Origin: Phycisphaerae bacterium
GTDB lineage: Bacteria > Planctomycetota > Phycisphaerae > UBA1845
Length of the DNA: 64,000 nucleotides
Reading direction: 5' to 3'
Assembly (NCBI GenBank): GCA_963666835.2
Contig: CAXXGO010000006.1
Span: 1,632,001 to 1,696,000, forward strand
Part shown: piece after piece, positions 28,830-39,715 of the stretch
Layout of the letters: each line of letters begins with the position of its first letter
How positions within the stretch are numbered: the first letter of the stretch is position 1
Program-made: the position numbers and the translations under genes
Notes under the pieces: generated by a model
What the model saw: only the letters and a program-made list of their open reading frames with translations
Databases searched by the model: none
What the model was told of the DNA's origin: nothing

Positions 28830-30974
28830 ATGGACCCGAAACTGGTTGCGGTCGAGTCGAAGGAACAGAGAAAAGACCGGGCTTTGCGTCCGCGCGAGTT
28901 GCGACGGATCATCGCCCTTACCTGGTCCTACCGTAAGACCCTGGCAGTCGGGTTGCTGGTAACGGTTCTGTTCGCCAGTTTGCACACGCTGAGTCTGGTC
29001 GGCGTATACCCCGTGTTCCAGATTCTGCTGGAGCGCGAGGGGCTCAGCAGCTACGTGAATCGAACGCTGGCCAGCGAACGACTGGGAGTCGAGTTCGCCC
29101 CACCGGACGATAGCGCGATCCTGCGTGTGCAGAAGATCGACCAAGATTCTCCGGTCGAGCTGCAGACCTTTGATGTGGTCGCAGATCCCGAGAACCGGAC
29201 GGTGGCGGTACTGCTACACGACCTGGCTCATGCCGAAGACGGAGCAACGGTAGAGATCCTGGCGGGCCCGACGCGCGAAACGGTCGAACCTCTGACCGTC
29301 GTTCCGGGGGCACTTGATCGGAAGATGCGCTTGCTGCAGTGGGGGGGCTCCTTCATTCCCGCCGACTCCGATACGGACAGCGGCAAGCTGCGGTTGCTTG
29401 TGGGTATCCTGGTCGGCTTGGTCGTTATGGTGTTGATCTCCAACGTGTTCCGCTACGTCGGCGAGGTTATGATTGCCCGGGCGATCCTCCGCACGCTCAT
29501 GGGCCTGCGCGCCAGGCTCTACGAACGCACCTTGCACTTGCCCATGTCGTTCTTCGCCGGTCAGCCCACGGCTGATCTGGTGACGCGCTTCGTGCAGGAC
29601 ATTCAGGAGATTCAACGTGGGCTGCTTACGCTGTTCGGCAAGTTCATCCGCGAACCGCTTCGCGCCGCGTTCATCCTTTCCGCGGCTCTGTTCTTCGATT
29701 GGCGGATCACTCTGGCGATGGTGGCCGTCGCCCCGATTGCCCTGGCGATCTTCCTGCTGGTCGGACGTAGCGTAAAGAAAGCGAACCGCAAGCTGCTGGA
29801 AGCTTACGGGATGATGATCGGAGCCTTGACCACGAGCTTGCAGAGTCTGCGGGTGGTTAAAGCGTACACCGCCGAGGACCACGAGCGCGACCGGCTCCGG
29901 GCGGTTGACTGGCGGATGTTCCGGCAGCAGCTCAAGCTGGCCAAGCTACAAGCGTTCGTCAGCCCCATGATGGAGAGCTTGGGCGTGATGGCGGGAAGCC
30001 TGGTCACCGTGTGGCTAGCAAGTCGCGTTCTGAGTCGGGAATTGGACCTGGCTCATTTTACGACTCTCGGCTTCATTCTGGCGAATCTGCTGGACCCGCT
30101 GCGCAAGCTGACGGATGTTTATGTGCGGGTGCAGCGCTCCACGGCCGGGGCGGAGCGGATCTTCCAGGTACTCGATCAGCCGGTGGAGAGTGACCTTTCT
30201 TCATCTGCCACCGAGCTGCAACCGCTGCAGCGCTCTATAGAGTTCTCCGACGTCACCTTCACGTATCCGGGTGCCGACGAACCGGCACTCCGCAACGTCA
30301 ACCTGTCGATTGCGCAGGGGGAGACCGTGGCCATCGTAGGCCCCAACGGCTGCGGCAAGACCACGCTGGTGAGCATGCTGCCCCGTTTCTTCAGCCCTGA
30401 TTCAGGCGTGGTGACTTACGACGGGTTGGACCTTCGCGAGGCGACTCTCAGAAGCCTGCGGATGCAGATCAGCCTGGTCAGCCAAGAGGCGATCATCTTC
30501 GCCGGGACCCCGGTAGAGAATATCGCCTTCGGCGTACCGGAGGTGGACCGGGAACGCGCGGAAGAGGCGGCCGTACGGGCCTTCGCCGATGAATTCATCC
30601 GGGCAATCCCCGGCGGCTACGAGGCCGCCTTGGGCGAGCGCGGCAGCACCCTCTCCGGGGGGCAGAGGCAGCGTCTGGTCATCGCGCGAGCCATCTACCG
30701 CAACGCCCCCATTCTCATCTTCGATGAAGCGACGAGCCAGATCGACAGCGAATCGGAGAGGAAGATCCAGGCCGCCGTGAGCGACTTTTCTCAAGGACGA
30801 ACGACTTTGGTTATTGCCCACCGTCTCAGCACGATCCAGCACGCCGACCGGATCATCGTCATGGACGGCGGACGGGTGATCGACGGCGGACCCCACCGAG
30901 AACTCTTCGAACGCTGCTCGTTGTATCGCACCTTGTGCCAAACTCAGTTTGTCGACGAGCCGGCCCCCGAGTGA
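28830..30974 (+). CDS. MsbA-like ABC exporter (fused TMD-NBD)
   Basis: GPNGCGKT, LSGGQRQR, IFDEATS, IAHRLST; TM domain with a large first loop. Confidence 0.92.
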   Translation: MDPKLVAVESKEQRKDRALRPRELRRIIALTWSYRKTLAVGLLVTVLFASLHTLSLVGVYPVFQILLEREGLSSYVNRTLASERLGVEFAPPDDSAILRVQKIDQDSPVELQTFDVVADPENRTVAVLLHDLAHAEDGATVEILAGPTRETVEPLTVVPGALDRKMRLLQWGGSFIPADSDTDSGKLRLLVGILVGLVVMVLISNVFRYVGEVMIARAILRTLMGLRARLYERTLHLPMSFFAGQPTADLVTRFVQDIQEIQRGLLTLFGKFIREPLRAAFILSAALFFDWRITLAMVAVAPIALAIFLLVGRSVKKANRKLLEAYGMMIGALTTSLQSLRVVKAYTAEDHERDRLRAVDWRMFRQQLKLAKLQAFVSPMMESLGVMAGSLVTVWLASRVLSRELDLAHFTTLGFILANLLDPLRKLTDVYVRVQRSTAGAERIFQVLDQPVESDLSSSATELQPLQRSIEFSDVTFTYPGADEPALRNVNLSIAQGETVAIVGPNGCGKTTLVSMLPRFFSPDSGVVTYDGLDLREATLRSLRMQISLVSQEAIIFAGTPVENIAFGVPEVDRERAEEAAVRAFADEFIRAIPGGYEAALGERGSTLSGGQRQRLVIARAIYRNAPILIFDEATSQIDSESERKIQAAVSDFSQGRTTLVIAHRLSTIQHADRIIVMDGGRVIDGGPHRELFERCSLYRTLCQTQFVDEPAPE

Positions 30975-31297
30975 CGCAATGCAAGTAGGTCGGGCTTTGC
31001 CCAATGGTACCTAACCTTGGCCGGGTGGCCCACGTCCTTTTGTCTTTGTCGTGCGGTCCGAACCTTCGCGGGCTATTCAAGGGCACTCTCGCTGGACGTG
31101 GGGGAGCCGATGATCAGCAGGCGACAATTGCGGCAGTCTCGTAGCTCGACCATTACCTACGAATTCGTAACCACACGTACGTCGGTGAGCAGATTGGTCC
31201 GTGGAATGGACCCTACCGGCTCTCTACGATCTGCTCCATTGATTGGGTGTCCCAATGTTAAAGTCAGGACCGCCCGGGACGAACCCAGCACGCTGCG

Positions 31298-32377
31298 TCA
31301 CGCGCGTTTTCGCTTGGCCGGTGCGGTCTTAGAGCCCGGGGCTTTTTTGGAATCGGAGCTCTTCTCCGCATCGGTCTTTGCCGCCTCGCAGCGCTTGGCG
31401 ATAACGGCGGCTTTCATTTCCTCAAAAAGGTCGGGATTGTCATGGAGGAACTGTTTGGCGTTCTCGCGTCCCTGGCCGAGCCGGACCTTCTTGTAGCTGA
31501 ACCATGCCCCGCTCTTCTCGGCAATGTTGGCGGCGAGCGCGAGATCAAGCAGATCACCTTCGGCACTGATCCCGCTGTCAAACATTATATCGAACTCCGC
31601 CTCGCGGAAGGGGGCGGCGACCTTGTTCTTGACAACCTTGGCGCGAACGTGGTTGCCGGTAATGGTGTCGCCTTCTTTTATCGCCGACACCCGACGGATG
31701 TCGATGCGGACCGAGGAGTAAAACTTCAGGGCACGTCCGCCGGGCGTGGTTTCGGGGTTGCCGAACATAACGCCGATCTTCATTCGAATTTGATTAATGA
31801 AAACCACTACGGTCGAAGTCTTCCCGATGGCCGCCGTGAGCTTACGTAATGCCTGGCTCATCAGCCGAGCCTGTAGTGCTACGTGGGTGTCACCCATCTG
31901 GCCCTCGATTTCCGCGCGAGGGATAAGGGCGGCAACGGAATCAACCACGATTACATCAACCGACGCACTGCGCACCAGCATCTCGGTGATCTCGAGCGCT
32001 TCTTCCCCTGATTCCGGCTGACTGACCAGCAGACGCTCCAGATTCACCCCGCACTTCTTCGCCCAACCGGGGTTGAGAGCGTGCTCGGCGTCGACCACCG
32101 CTGCCACTCCGCCGGCGCGCTGCGCCTGCGCCGCGACGTGCAATGCCAGCGTCGTCTTACCGGAGGATTCCGGGCCGAACATCTCGATAATCCGACCGCG
32201 CGGCAACCCGTTCCCCCCCAATGCCAGATCGAGAGAAAGAGCGCCGGTGGAGATACCCTCGACGTCGGTATCGAACTTGTCGAGCTGCATAATGGCGCCC
32301 TTACCGTAGGCGTCTTGAATTTGCTTGAGAGCCCGGTCGAGGGCTTCATCGCGTTTCGCATCCTGATCGCTATTCAT
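31298..32377 (-). CDS. recA: recombinase RecA
   Basis: [45 protein letters not shown]. Confidence 0.99.
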   Translation of the reverse strand: MNSDQDAKRDEALDRALKQIQDAYGKGAIMQLDKFDTDVEGISTGALSLDLALGGNGLPRGRIIEMFGPESSGKTTLALHVAAQAQRAGGVAAVVDAEHALNPGWAKKCGVNLERLLVSQPESGEEALEITEMLVRSASVDVIVVDSVAALIPRAEIEGQMGDTHVALQARLMSQALRKLTAAIGKTSTVVVFINQIRMKIGVMFGNPETTPGGRALKFYSSVRIDIRRVSAIKEGDTITGNHVRAKVVKNKVAAPFREAEFDIMFDSGISAEGDLLDLALAANIAEKSGAWFSYKKVRLGQGRENAKQFLHDNPDLFEEMKAAVIAKRCEAAKTDAEKSSDSKKAPGSKTAPAKRKRA

Positions 32378-32424
32378 GATGACCTTCACCCAACACCACC
32401 TTCCATGTTTGGCAAACCGATCGG

Positions 32425-32979
32425 CTAGCCGAGATTCGACGTGCTGACCGGTGTATACGTTGGCCCCTTAGGGGACAGTACCGACGACATCAGCGTCAAG
32501 GACCTTACGGATTGGTCGCAAGGATCAAGCGGAAGCTGTTCGGCCGCGGTTCTGATCCGCCCGCCGGAGCGGTCTTCCCGCACACGACCGATCGTAATGT
32601 GCGGCGAGAACGGCCGACGCTCCGGGGGGAAACCCAACTCCCCCAGTTGACGTTCGACGGCGCCGACGCACTGCAGCAAGGCCCCCGAAGGTTCGTCGAT
32701 ACCCGCCCACACGATTCGTACCGGACCGCGCGGCGGAAAACACCCACAGCCCCGTATGACCATATCGAAAGCCCGAGATTCCGCGGCGGCGCACGCTACC
32801 GCGGTGCTAACGTCGTCCACCTGAGAATCCGGCACCTCGCCGAGAAACTTCGTGGTGATGTGCAGTTGATACGGGGGAATCCACCGCACGCCGGGGCAGC
32901 GCCGCCCCAGCTCCGCCTGCGACGTCCCCAACGCCGCCCGTACTACTTCGTCCAGCTCGATGGCCACAAACAATCGCAC
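32425..32979 (-). CDS. thpR: RNA 2',3'-cyclic phosphodiesterase (2'-5' RNA ligase family)
   Basis: MRLFVAI start, two HxT motifs (HITT, HITI), located upstream of recA. Confidence 0.93.
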   Translation of the reverse strand: MRLFVAIELDEVVRAALGTSQAELGRRCPGVRWIPPYQLHITTKFLGEVPDSQVDDVSTAVACAAAESRAFDMVIRGCGCFPPRGPVRIVWAGIDEPSGALLQCVGAVERQLGELGFPPERRPFSPHITIGRVREDRSGGRIRTAAEQLPLDPCDQSVRSLTLMSSVLSPKGPTYTPVSTSNLG

Positions 32980-33136
32980 GGCTGTTCCCTCGACCGCCCA
33001 CCGGACACGGCGAGCCGCCGGTCTGACTACCTAGGGTCTTGGCACACGTAAAGGTCCGGGCTCAATCCACAATGCGTCCATTTTTTGCACTGCTCAAAAG
33101 CAGTGGCACACCCCAAGGCCCAGGTGCGACGCAGGA

Positions 33137-34042
33137 CTAGTCAAACCGCAACATATTCAAAAACGTATCCACTCGGGCATTGACCTCTTCGCGCGGGAGT
33201 GACTGCACCCGTTTCAACGAGAAGTCCTCGATCGTGAAGGAAGCGGCCACCGTACCGCGAATCAATGCGCGGCGCAGGGCTTCCACGTCAAAGCGACCCT
33301 GCTCGGCCAGGTAGCCGATTACTCCTCCGGCAAAGCTGTCCCCGGCACCGGTGGGATCGCGAACCAGCTTCGTGGGGAATGCGGGCACCGCAACGGGACC
33401 TTCGGCGGTTACCAACAGAGCCCCGTGTTCGCCTTTCTTGATGATTACAAACCTGGGCCCCAAGGCCAGTACGTCTTCCCCGGCTTCTACGAGGTTCGTC
33501 TTGCCGGTCAACTGGCGAGCCTCGGCGTCGTTGATAATCACGCCGGTTACCAGAGCAAGCGTCTTCAACAGAGACTCCCGCTCGTTCTCAATCCACAGGT
33601 TCATTGTGTCGCAAACCACCAGATCAGGTGAGCTAACCTGGTTCAACAGCTCGCGTTGCAGGGTTGGGTGCGTATTGGCCAAGAAGACCATAGTGCTGTC
33701 GGCGAAATCGGCGGGGACTTTCGGGCACGCTTCCGCCAGGACGTTCAGACTGACGTCGACGGTCTCGGCCTCGTTCATGTCTCCTTCATAGGATCCGGTC
33801 CAACGGAACGTCTTACTGCCGGGGCGGGTTTCCAGACCTGCCAGGTCTATCCGCCGCGATGCAAGAATCTCGCGGAATTCAGCCGGAAAATCGGCCCCGA
33901 CCGCCGCAACCAGGCGAACCGGCACGTATTGAGATGCCGCAAACGCAAAGTACACCGCCGACCCGCCAAGAACGCCCTCCACATGGCCGTGGGGCGACGA
34001 AACGGTGTCGATGCCAATACTCCCGGTTACAAGCAGCGCCAT
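33137..34042 (-). CDS. PfkB-family sugar/nucleoside kinase
   Basis: LGGSAVY, KKGEHGA, DPTGAGDSFAGG. Confidence 0.92.
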   Translation of the reverse strand: MALLVTGSIGIDTVSSPHGHVEGVLGGSAVYFAFAASQYVPVRLVAAVGADFPAEFREILASRRIDLAGLETRPGSKTFRWTGSYEGDMNEAETVDVSLNVLAEACPKVPADFADSTMVFLANTHPTLQRELLNQVSSPDLVVCDTMNLWIENERESLLKTLALVTGVIINDAEARQLTGKTNLVEAGEDVLALGPRFVIIKKGEHGALLVTAEGPVAVPAFPTKLVRDPTGAGDSFAGGVIGYLAEQGRFDVEALRRALIRGTVAASFTIEDFSLKRVQSLPREEVNARVDTFLNMLRFD

Positions 34043-34224
34043 GCCCAACCTCCTATCAGGAATCGTAACACCCGACAATTTACCGCATTATCGGGCCGGC
34101 GCCAAGCGGTATGTTAGAAAAATGTTAGGTATCGGTTCGGTGGCGGAAAACGGGCTTGGGGGCAGCGATTCGCCAACGTATGGAAAGGCCGTTCAGCTGA
34201 GATCGGACCCCGGCACAGGGGCGG

Positions 34225-34575
34225 TCAACGCTGGGAGAGCTGCTGAACCAGGTACCCGAGCGTACCGACCGCAATGTCGCAGTTCTGATTCACTTGGCTC
34301 TCGTTCCATCCCGGCCAGAACCACGGCTCGGCCCCTTCGTACGCAATCAGAAGCCCCAGGGGCAGGAGCGGGGATTCGTCGTCAAGATCATAGCCCAGGG
34401 CATATCCGCTGCCGATGTGGACGAGGCTCCACAAGTCCAGGCAGGCGTCTTCAGCGACCGCGTTGTCATCCAGCGCGACTGTCGGAAACTGCAACGCCCC
34501 GCAACCCACCAGGCATGCCGGAAGGGCGCAAAGCAGGAAGGCTAGCAATAAGCAACGGAGTCGTGTACAGAACAT
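34225..34575 (-). CDS. small hypothetical (lipo)protein
   Basis: Start overlaps the CotH stop; LVGC lipobox-like motif; DLWSLVH...E...ES..N...D pattern. Confidence 0.6.
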   Translation of the reverse strand: MFCTRLRCLLLAFLLCALPACLVGCGALQFPTVALDDNAVAEDACLDLWSLVHIGSGYALGYDLDDESPLLPLGLLIAYEGAEPWFWPGWNESQVNQNCDIAVGTLGYLVQQLSQR

Positions 34576-37517
34576 CAGCCACCTCCGCGGTGCCGGCCGT
34601 CGGGATTCGTCGAAGACGCGGATGTGCCGACGGGAAGGGCACTTCGTTGATTCTGATCATCCGGGACCGGCCTTTCTCGAAGGTCGATCGGAGCGGTGAA
34701 TATGCCGGGCGTACCGTTGGCTGGTCCGGTGGGTGAGCCGGCCATAACAAACGCCCGATCACGCAGGCGGCCAACCAGACCGGGAGCGGCAACGTGGCAA
34801 TCGGTACCTTTCAGCCGGTGTGGAACAACGCTTGTGGATACATCGATCTTGGAGAAGGTGTCGGCCGTGAGCGGTTCGGTGGAATCAAGAAGAACACACT
34901 CTCGGATTCGGGCTTCGCCTCCGCCGAAGATGGGGTTGTTGCGATGGGCGGCTACGCAGGTCGGATTACTCACGAACGTACAGTTGTCGATGTGGGCCAC
35001 CGAGAGATCGGTGACGGCGATGCCGATGCGATTGTACATCAGCAGGTTGTTTACGGCGGTTACACACGCTTCTTCATCAATGATGATGCCCGCGTCGCTG
35101 GTGCGTTCTATGCGATTGCCGGACACGGTTACCACCGCTCCCGAGATACCGAGTCCGTTGCCCAGGTTGTCAGCGAAATGGCACCGAGTTATCGTGCCGG
35201 AGACGTAATCCAGAGCGACCGCGTCGCCGGCGTTGCGGGCGAAGAAGCTCCCGCGGACGTTGACCGTGCCGTTTCGGACGTTCAGCGCGTGCTGTGCCGG
35301 GCAGTCGGTGAATCGACTCCGTTCAATGACCACGTCACCGTCGTGAATCGCTACGGCGCCGGTCAGGGTAATCCCGTCGACCGTGGCCCCGGATCCACCG
35401 GAGACATGCACGTGACGCAAGACGGACGGACCACCGGGGCGGATGATTGCCAACGCGCCCCATGGCCGGCTGGAGCCTGAGACGATTCGAATAGGCGCGT
35501 CCGCCCGCCCGTGAGCTTTGACGGGTCCGTACGCCACGAGTGAGGTCTCTGCGCCCATGACCAACTCGGCGCCCGCCTCGATTCGCAAAGTCAGCCGTTG
35601 CGGAATGACCACGGTCTTTGTGATGAAGTGACGTCCTGTTGGCAGTGCAACTACTTGGTCATCGTCGGGATCCGCAATGAAGCCGGGGTTGTTGTTCAGG
35701 AAGACGGTACGTTCTACGTTGCGTCGGGTGGGAAGACAATCTTCGCCTTGATGAAAAGCGCGAACGAAGATGTCTTTGCTTGAGAGTTTCTCATCGGTTA
35801 CTGCGTTGGAGAAGTCGACTTCGATTGACGGCAACATCGCGTGTTCTGCGGCGGGACCGGGTTCCCTGGCGAGGAGAAAGTCGTACCGGGTGGTCTTCGG
35901 ATGGATCGCGATCCGCACGAGGTTGCGGGTGAAGTATGTCTCCCGGTCCCTGGCGACGTCCATCTCCGGAAGCAACATCTCTGACAGTCCGGCAAAGCAG
36001 GCGATTCCATCGGAGTCGGCGGGAACAGTGCCGATGCGGTGATCGAAGGAGTCCAACTGCCCGTTGTGATTGTCGTCGCGATGGAACGAGTATTCCCGAT
36101 CCGCATCACAACCGGTCAGACGAAGCTGCTGCAGAAGCACTCCGCTCATGTTGTTAACAGCAATCTGCATGGACGCCACGTCCGGCGCCTCATCGCGAAC
36201 TCGCACTTCCACGCGATTGCCAGCAAGGCAGTTCCGAATATGCGCGGTGTTGTGAGCCACCGTTGCCCGGTTGTCTGCCAAGCGCCTGGGCTCGTATTCG
36301 CTGGACATTACATCCAGCCACAAAGGGAACTCGAGTGGAGCGAACGTCTCATCCCAAAGGTCAAGCAGGGAATCATCCTTGACCAAGTCCCAGAGGATCC
36401 GGTTGCGGCGCAGCCGGTACTTTGGTTCGGTAAGCAGAGCGATACGAAACTGCGACATCGGATGGAATCGGAAGATATCGAAGGTGGAATGGTAGTCTGC
36501 TGACTCGAAGAAGTACATGCCGGGGATGCTCTCGAGTGTGACGTCCCACGGGATGCGATAGAACAAACCCCGCGAGGGGTCGAAGTACAGGCGGTGGTTG
36601 TCACTCGGAAACCGCGTATGGTCCGAGCAAAACAGCGTGGTGCCGGCAATGAAGCGGAGATAGTCCTCCACGTCGGTGACCGCCAGCGCCCGTTCGAAAT
36701 TCTCTGGGACCGGGTCGGTTTCGTAGTCCAGCAAAGTCTGCAAGGCGCGCCAGGCCCGCTCTTCACCGTCGGTGATAAGCTCCTCGAAAGCGCCCAGTTC
36801 GAGTCCGATGTGCCATCCGTTGAAGACGGCTCCTACAGGACGCTTGTGGTTTGCTAAGACCGCTTCCGTGAAGTGCTCGACTTGATAATACACGCCCTGC
36901 GGGACTCCGTTTATCCGCAGAATGGCGTAGCCGTCGCGGAGCGTTATTAGACCTAACTGCCGGAACACGGCGTTGCTGAAACGTTCCGTCTGTCCTTTCG
37001 AATCGCACAGAATAATGAGGTTGAGCTCTTGCTGGCTTTGGAACGGGGCGTCGGCCGGAAAGCGAATCCGCCAGGACTTCTGCGGATTGGTCCAGTGATT
37101 GCGCATATCGCCGCGGGGACGTATCTTGACGCTGCGCGTGGTCCCGTTGTAGATGAACTTGGCCTTGGTCCACTGTTTCAGGTCGTCGGTCAGTTGACCG
37201 CGTTGCTTGGCCTTTTCGATTAGCTCGAGAATCCCGCGGTACTTGGCGGGTTTGATCTTGATGTCGTAGACCGGCAATCCACTTTCATAAAGAGCGTGCC
37301 GCGTGTGAAAGGGGTTGAGGTTCTTGTCCAGCCTAGTTGCATTGGGGATGTGCCCGGCCAACCAACGTGACGAACGGGTGGCCCATGTGGATAGCGTCAG
37401 TGCCGCCAACGCGACCACGCTCAGTGCGAAGATCCCCAGGATCCTCTCGCCACGGCGGGGCCAACATCGGGAGAGTCGCGCGGCTTCCATGCGATTCGGT
37501 CGACAGGTGTCGGCCAT
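34575..37517 (-). CDS. CotH-family kinase fused to a right-handed parallel beta-helix
   Basis: KIRPRG...KSWRI, INGVPQGVYYQVE, DNHRLYFD...IPWD; C-terminal repeats of beta-helix type (NAGDAVALD, DAGIIID). Confidence 0.8.
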   Translation of the reverse strand: MADTCRPNRMEAARLSRCWPRRGERILGIFALSVVALAALTLSTWATRSSRWLAGHIPNATRLDKNLNPFHTRHALYESGLPVYDIKIKPAKYRGILELIEKAKQRGQLTDDLKQWTKAKFIYNGTTRSVKIRPRGDMRNHWTNPQKSWRIRFPADAPFQSQQELNLIILCDSKGQTERFSNAVFRQLGLITLRDGYAILRINGVPQGVYYQVEHFTEAVLANHKRPVGAVFNGWHIGLELGAFEELITDGEERAWRALQTLLDYETDPVPENFERALAVTDVEDYLRFIAGTTLFCSDHTRFPSDNHRLYFDPSRGLFYRIPWDVTLESIPGMYFFESADYHSTFDIFRFHPMSQFRIALLTEPKYRLRRNRILWDLVKDDSLLDLWDETFAPLEFPLWLDVMSSEYEPRRLADNRATVAHNTAHIRNCLAGNRVEVRVRDEAPDVASMQIAVNNMSGVLLQQLRLTGCDADREYSFHRDDNHNGQLDSFDHRIGTVPADSDGIACFAGLSEMLLPEMDVARDRETYFTRNLVRIAIHPKTTRYDFLLAREPGPAAEHAMLPSIEVDFSNAVTDEKLSSKDIFVRAFHQGEDCLPTRRNVERTVFLNNNPGFIADPDDDQVVALPTGRHFITKTVVIPQRLTLRIEAGAELVMGAETSLVAYGPVKAHGRADAPIRIVSGSSRPWGALAIIRPGGPSVLRHVHVSGGSGATVDGITLTGAVAIHDGDVVIERSRFTDCPAQHALNVRNGTVNVRGSFFARNAGDAVALDYVSGTITRCHFADNLGNGLGISGAVVTVSGNRIERTSDAGIIIDEEACVTAVNNLLMYNRIGIAVTDLSVAHIDNCTFVSNPTCVAAHRNNPIFGGGEARIRECVLLDSTEPLTADTFSKIDVSTSVVPHRLKGTDCHVAAPGLVGRLRDRAFVMAGSPTGPANGTPGIFTAPIDLRERPVPDDQNQRSALPVGTSASSTNPDGRHRGGG

Positions 37518-37658
37518 CGTCAACTCGCTTTGGTGTCCAGGCGCATAATCGGCGTCTCCGGCCTCTCGCCGGAACCGGACGCCCGGTTTATTTATCGGAA
37601 ACGGCTCCGGCGCGGTTGAGACCGGTAATCTCTGAACATAGGCTGCCGCGCCGGCACG

Positions 37659-38609
37659 TTACTCCCAGATTACTTCCGCGGCGGGAAACACCGGCCCGTC
37701 CTGGCAGCAGAGCCGGTAACGCGATTCGCCGTCCACCCGGATGGGCACGACGCAGGATTGACACGTTCCGATGCCGCACGCCATGGCCCGTTCCAGGCAT
37801 ACGGAACACTCGATTCCATGCGTGCTGCAGAAGCCGGCCACAAACTGGAGCATACGCTCCGGACCGCAGGCGTAGACTGTCAGATCGCCGGATTCGGCTG
37901 GGTTGGCGGTGTGATAGGCGGTCAAGGCCTGTCCGATGTGCCCGGCGAAGCCCAAGGTGCCGTCGTCAGTGCTTATAACGACCGGAACCCCGTGGGACGA
38001 GAACTCAGCCGCCGAAAGGGTGGCCGTCCGGGCCCCAGTGTCGGGTTCGGGCGCGGTCATCGTCAGCGGGAGCAGTTGGCGAGTCTGCGCACCGCAGAAC
38101 GCCACGGCCTGTTTCCCAGCCGCCCGGAGAGCTTCGCAGAGCCAGATCATCGGAGGCAGTCCGACTCCCCCGGCGACCACCCAGGCTTGGGATCGCTGCT
38201 CCGGGATCTGGAAACCGCGTCCCAACGGCCCACAAACACTAACCACATCGCCAGGATGGCGCGATTCCAGCCACCGAGTAGCCGTGCCGACGACCCGGTA
38301 GATGATGTCGACGTCGGTCTCGGCCCCTTTGCGCCGGAGCCCCGCGATGCTGAAGGCTCGTCGTAGCATTGGCGATGTACATTCCACCAGCCACTCGGGC
38401 GACACGGTGTCTCTCTTCGTCATCAGAGTTCGGTACTCGTGCGGTGTCGCCGCAGGCGGGCCGATGTGGAGGAACTGCCCGGGAACGGCCTCGGAAAACT
38501 GCGGTAGCCGAAGGGTAAGGCGGTAATGATCCCGGCAAACCGAGAAGTTGTTCGCCACGTGGCCGTCCTGGATCATGTCGATTCTCTCTCGGGTGATACG
38601 CGATCTCAT
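37659..38609 (-). CDS. pyrK: dihydroorotate dehydrogenase electron transfer subunit
   Basis: PGQF, LRRAFSI, GPLGRGF, AGGVGLPP, YACGP, MACGIGTCQSC...LCCQDGPVF (2Fe-2S). Confidence 0.9.
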   Translation of the reverse strand: MRSRITRERIDMIQDGHVANNFSVCRDHYRLTLRLPQFSEAVPGQFLHIGPPAATPHEYRTLMTKRDTVSPEWLVECTSPMLRRAFSIAGLRRKGAETDVDIIYRVVGTATRWLESRHPGDVVSVCGPLGRGFQIPEQRSQAWVVAGGVGLPPMIWLCEALRAAGKQAVAFCGAQTRQLLPLTMTAPEPDTGARTATLSAAEFSSHGVPVVISTDDGTLGFAGHIGQALTAYHTANPAESGDLTVYACGPERMLQFVAGFCSTHGIECSVCLERAMACGIGTCQSCVVPIRVDGESRYRLCCQDGPVFPAAEVIWE

Positions 38610-38987
38610 CAACCGCGGTTTTCGGCGTAAAAAAACTTCCAGGGTCGAAGCGTAGCCTCAACCCTGGAAGTCCGCCACGGCTAAGAAGAGCCGCTATCGT
38701 GGCAAGGCCGCAGGTCCGGCGAAGCCCGGATCGCGACCGTAGCGTGCCACCTCACTCATTCCGAACGCCCGCCTTTCTACCTTAGCCCCCAGACGGTGTC
38801 AAACGTATTTCCGTTGGAGTTGCCACGCCGAGAGATAGTAACCTATTGTTATATAAGTAGTTCTGGTGCATGCGCCGGCTGTGGATTGTTGGCTGGGAAC
38901 AGGTCCGTGAATCGCCGGGGGCGATCGATGTCGCCGCTCTGCAGGACTGATAGAATGACGGCAGGTTGATACGGAGAGCATGCGCGG

Positions 38988-39461
38988 ATGGCGTACGAGG
39001 AACCTAGTCAGTTCAGGGAATGGGTCAACGCGATTCGGGGGCAGATTCCCATCCTTCGCGAGCATCTGGAGAACTGGATCCAGGCCGTTCGGACGGAGCC
39101 GCGCTTGTTGTGGGAGACGGTGGCGCTTCGGTACACGGTTTATGTCCTTGTCGGCATGATCGCGATGTGGGCTTGCCTCGGCGTGGCCCACTCAATCGCG
39201 CCGCCGCTGGCTGCGGACACGGCTCCGGCAACCACGGCTGATTTCCACGTGGTCTGCACGCGCCCGGAATGCGGCCATCATTGGGTTATCAACCGCGAAT
39301 TGGGCTTCGATGATTTCCCGATCGTCTGCCCGAAATGTCAGAACCGGACCGGGGCCGAGGCCCGCAGGTGCAATTCTAAGCAATGTGGGGGGAGATGGGT
39401 GAGCCCAACGTGGCGCGACGGTGTGCGAGTGTGCCCGAGATGCGGGCAGAAGTTCCCTTGA
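38988..39461 (+). CDS. membrane-anchored zinc-ribbon protein
   Basis: One TM helix then four CxxC/CxxxxC motifs. Confidence 0.7.
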   Translation: MAYEEPSQFREWVNAIRGQIPILREHLENWIQAVRTEPRLLWETVALRYTVYVLVGMIAMWACLGVAHSIAPPLAADTAPATTADFHVVCTRPECGHHWVINRELGFDDFPIVCPKCQNRTGAEARRCNSKQCGGRWVSPTWRDGVRVCPRCGQKFP

Positions 39462-39715
39462 GATGGCGAGCGAGCCGGTTATCGGAGCACGGTGACGACG
39501 ATTCCGCTCTTCACGCCGAACCGGGGATGTCTTTCGAGCCGCGCGCGGAGTGATCGACGCATCTTGCCGCTGCGAAGGTGTGGCGTTGGTGGCATGATAA
39601 ATGTAACGTGAAAGACCGTGCAAGGCGGGCGCCGATACCTCCGGTGCCATGGCGCAGGCGCCGACAGGACTAGGAGCAGTCCACACGCGCTGTTCAAAGA
39701 AAGGACTATCGGGAA

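Noticed and set aside
31081..31253. 6S RNA
   Set aside because: A rod-like fold is possible, but the 5' arm is better explained as half of a REP-like hairpin and no 6S conserved motifs were recognised
39480..39715. NiCo riboswitch or NikR site upstream of the Ni/Co transporter
   Set aside because: No matching consensus or convincing palindrome seen
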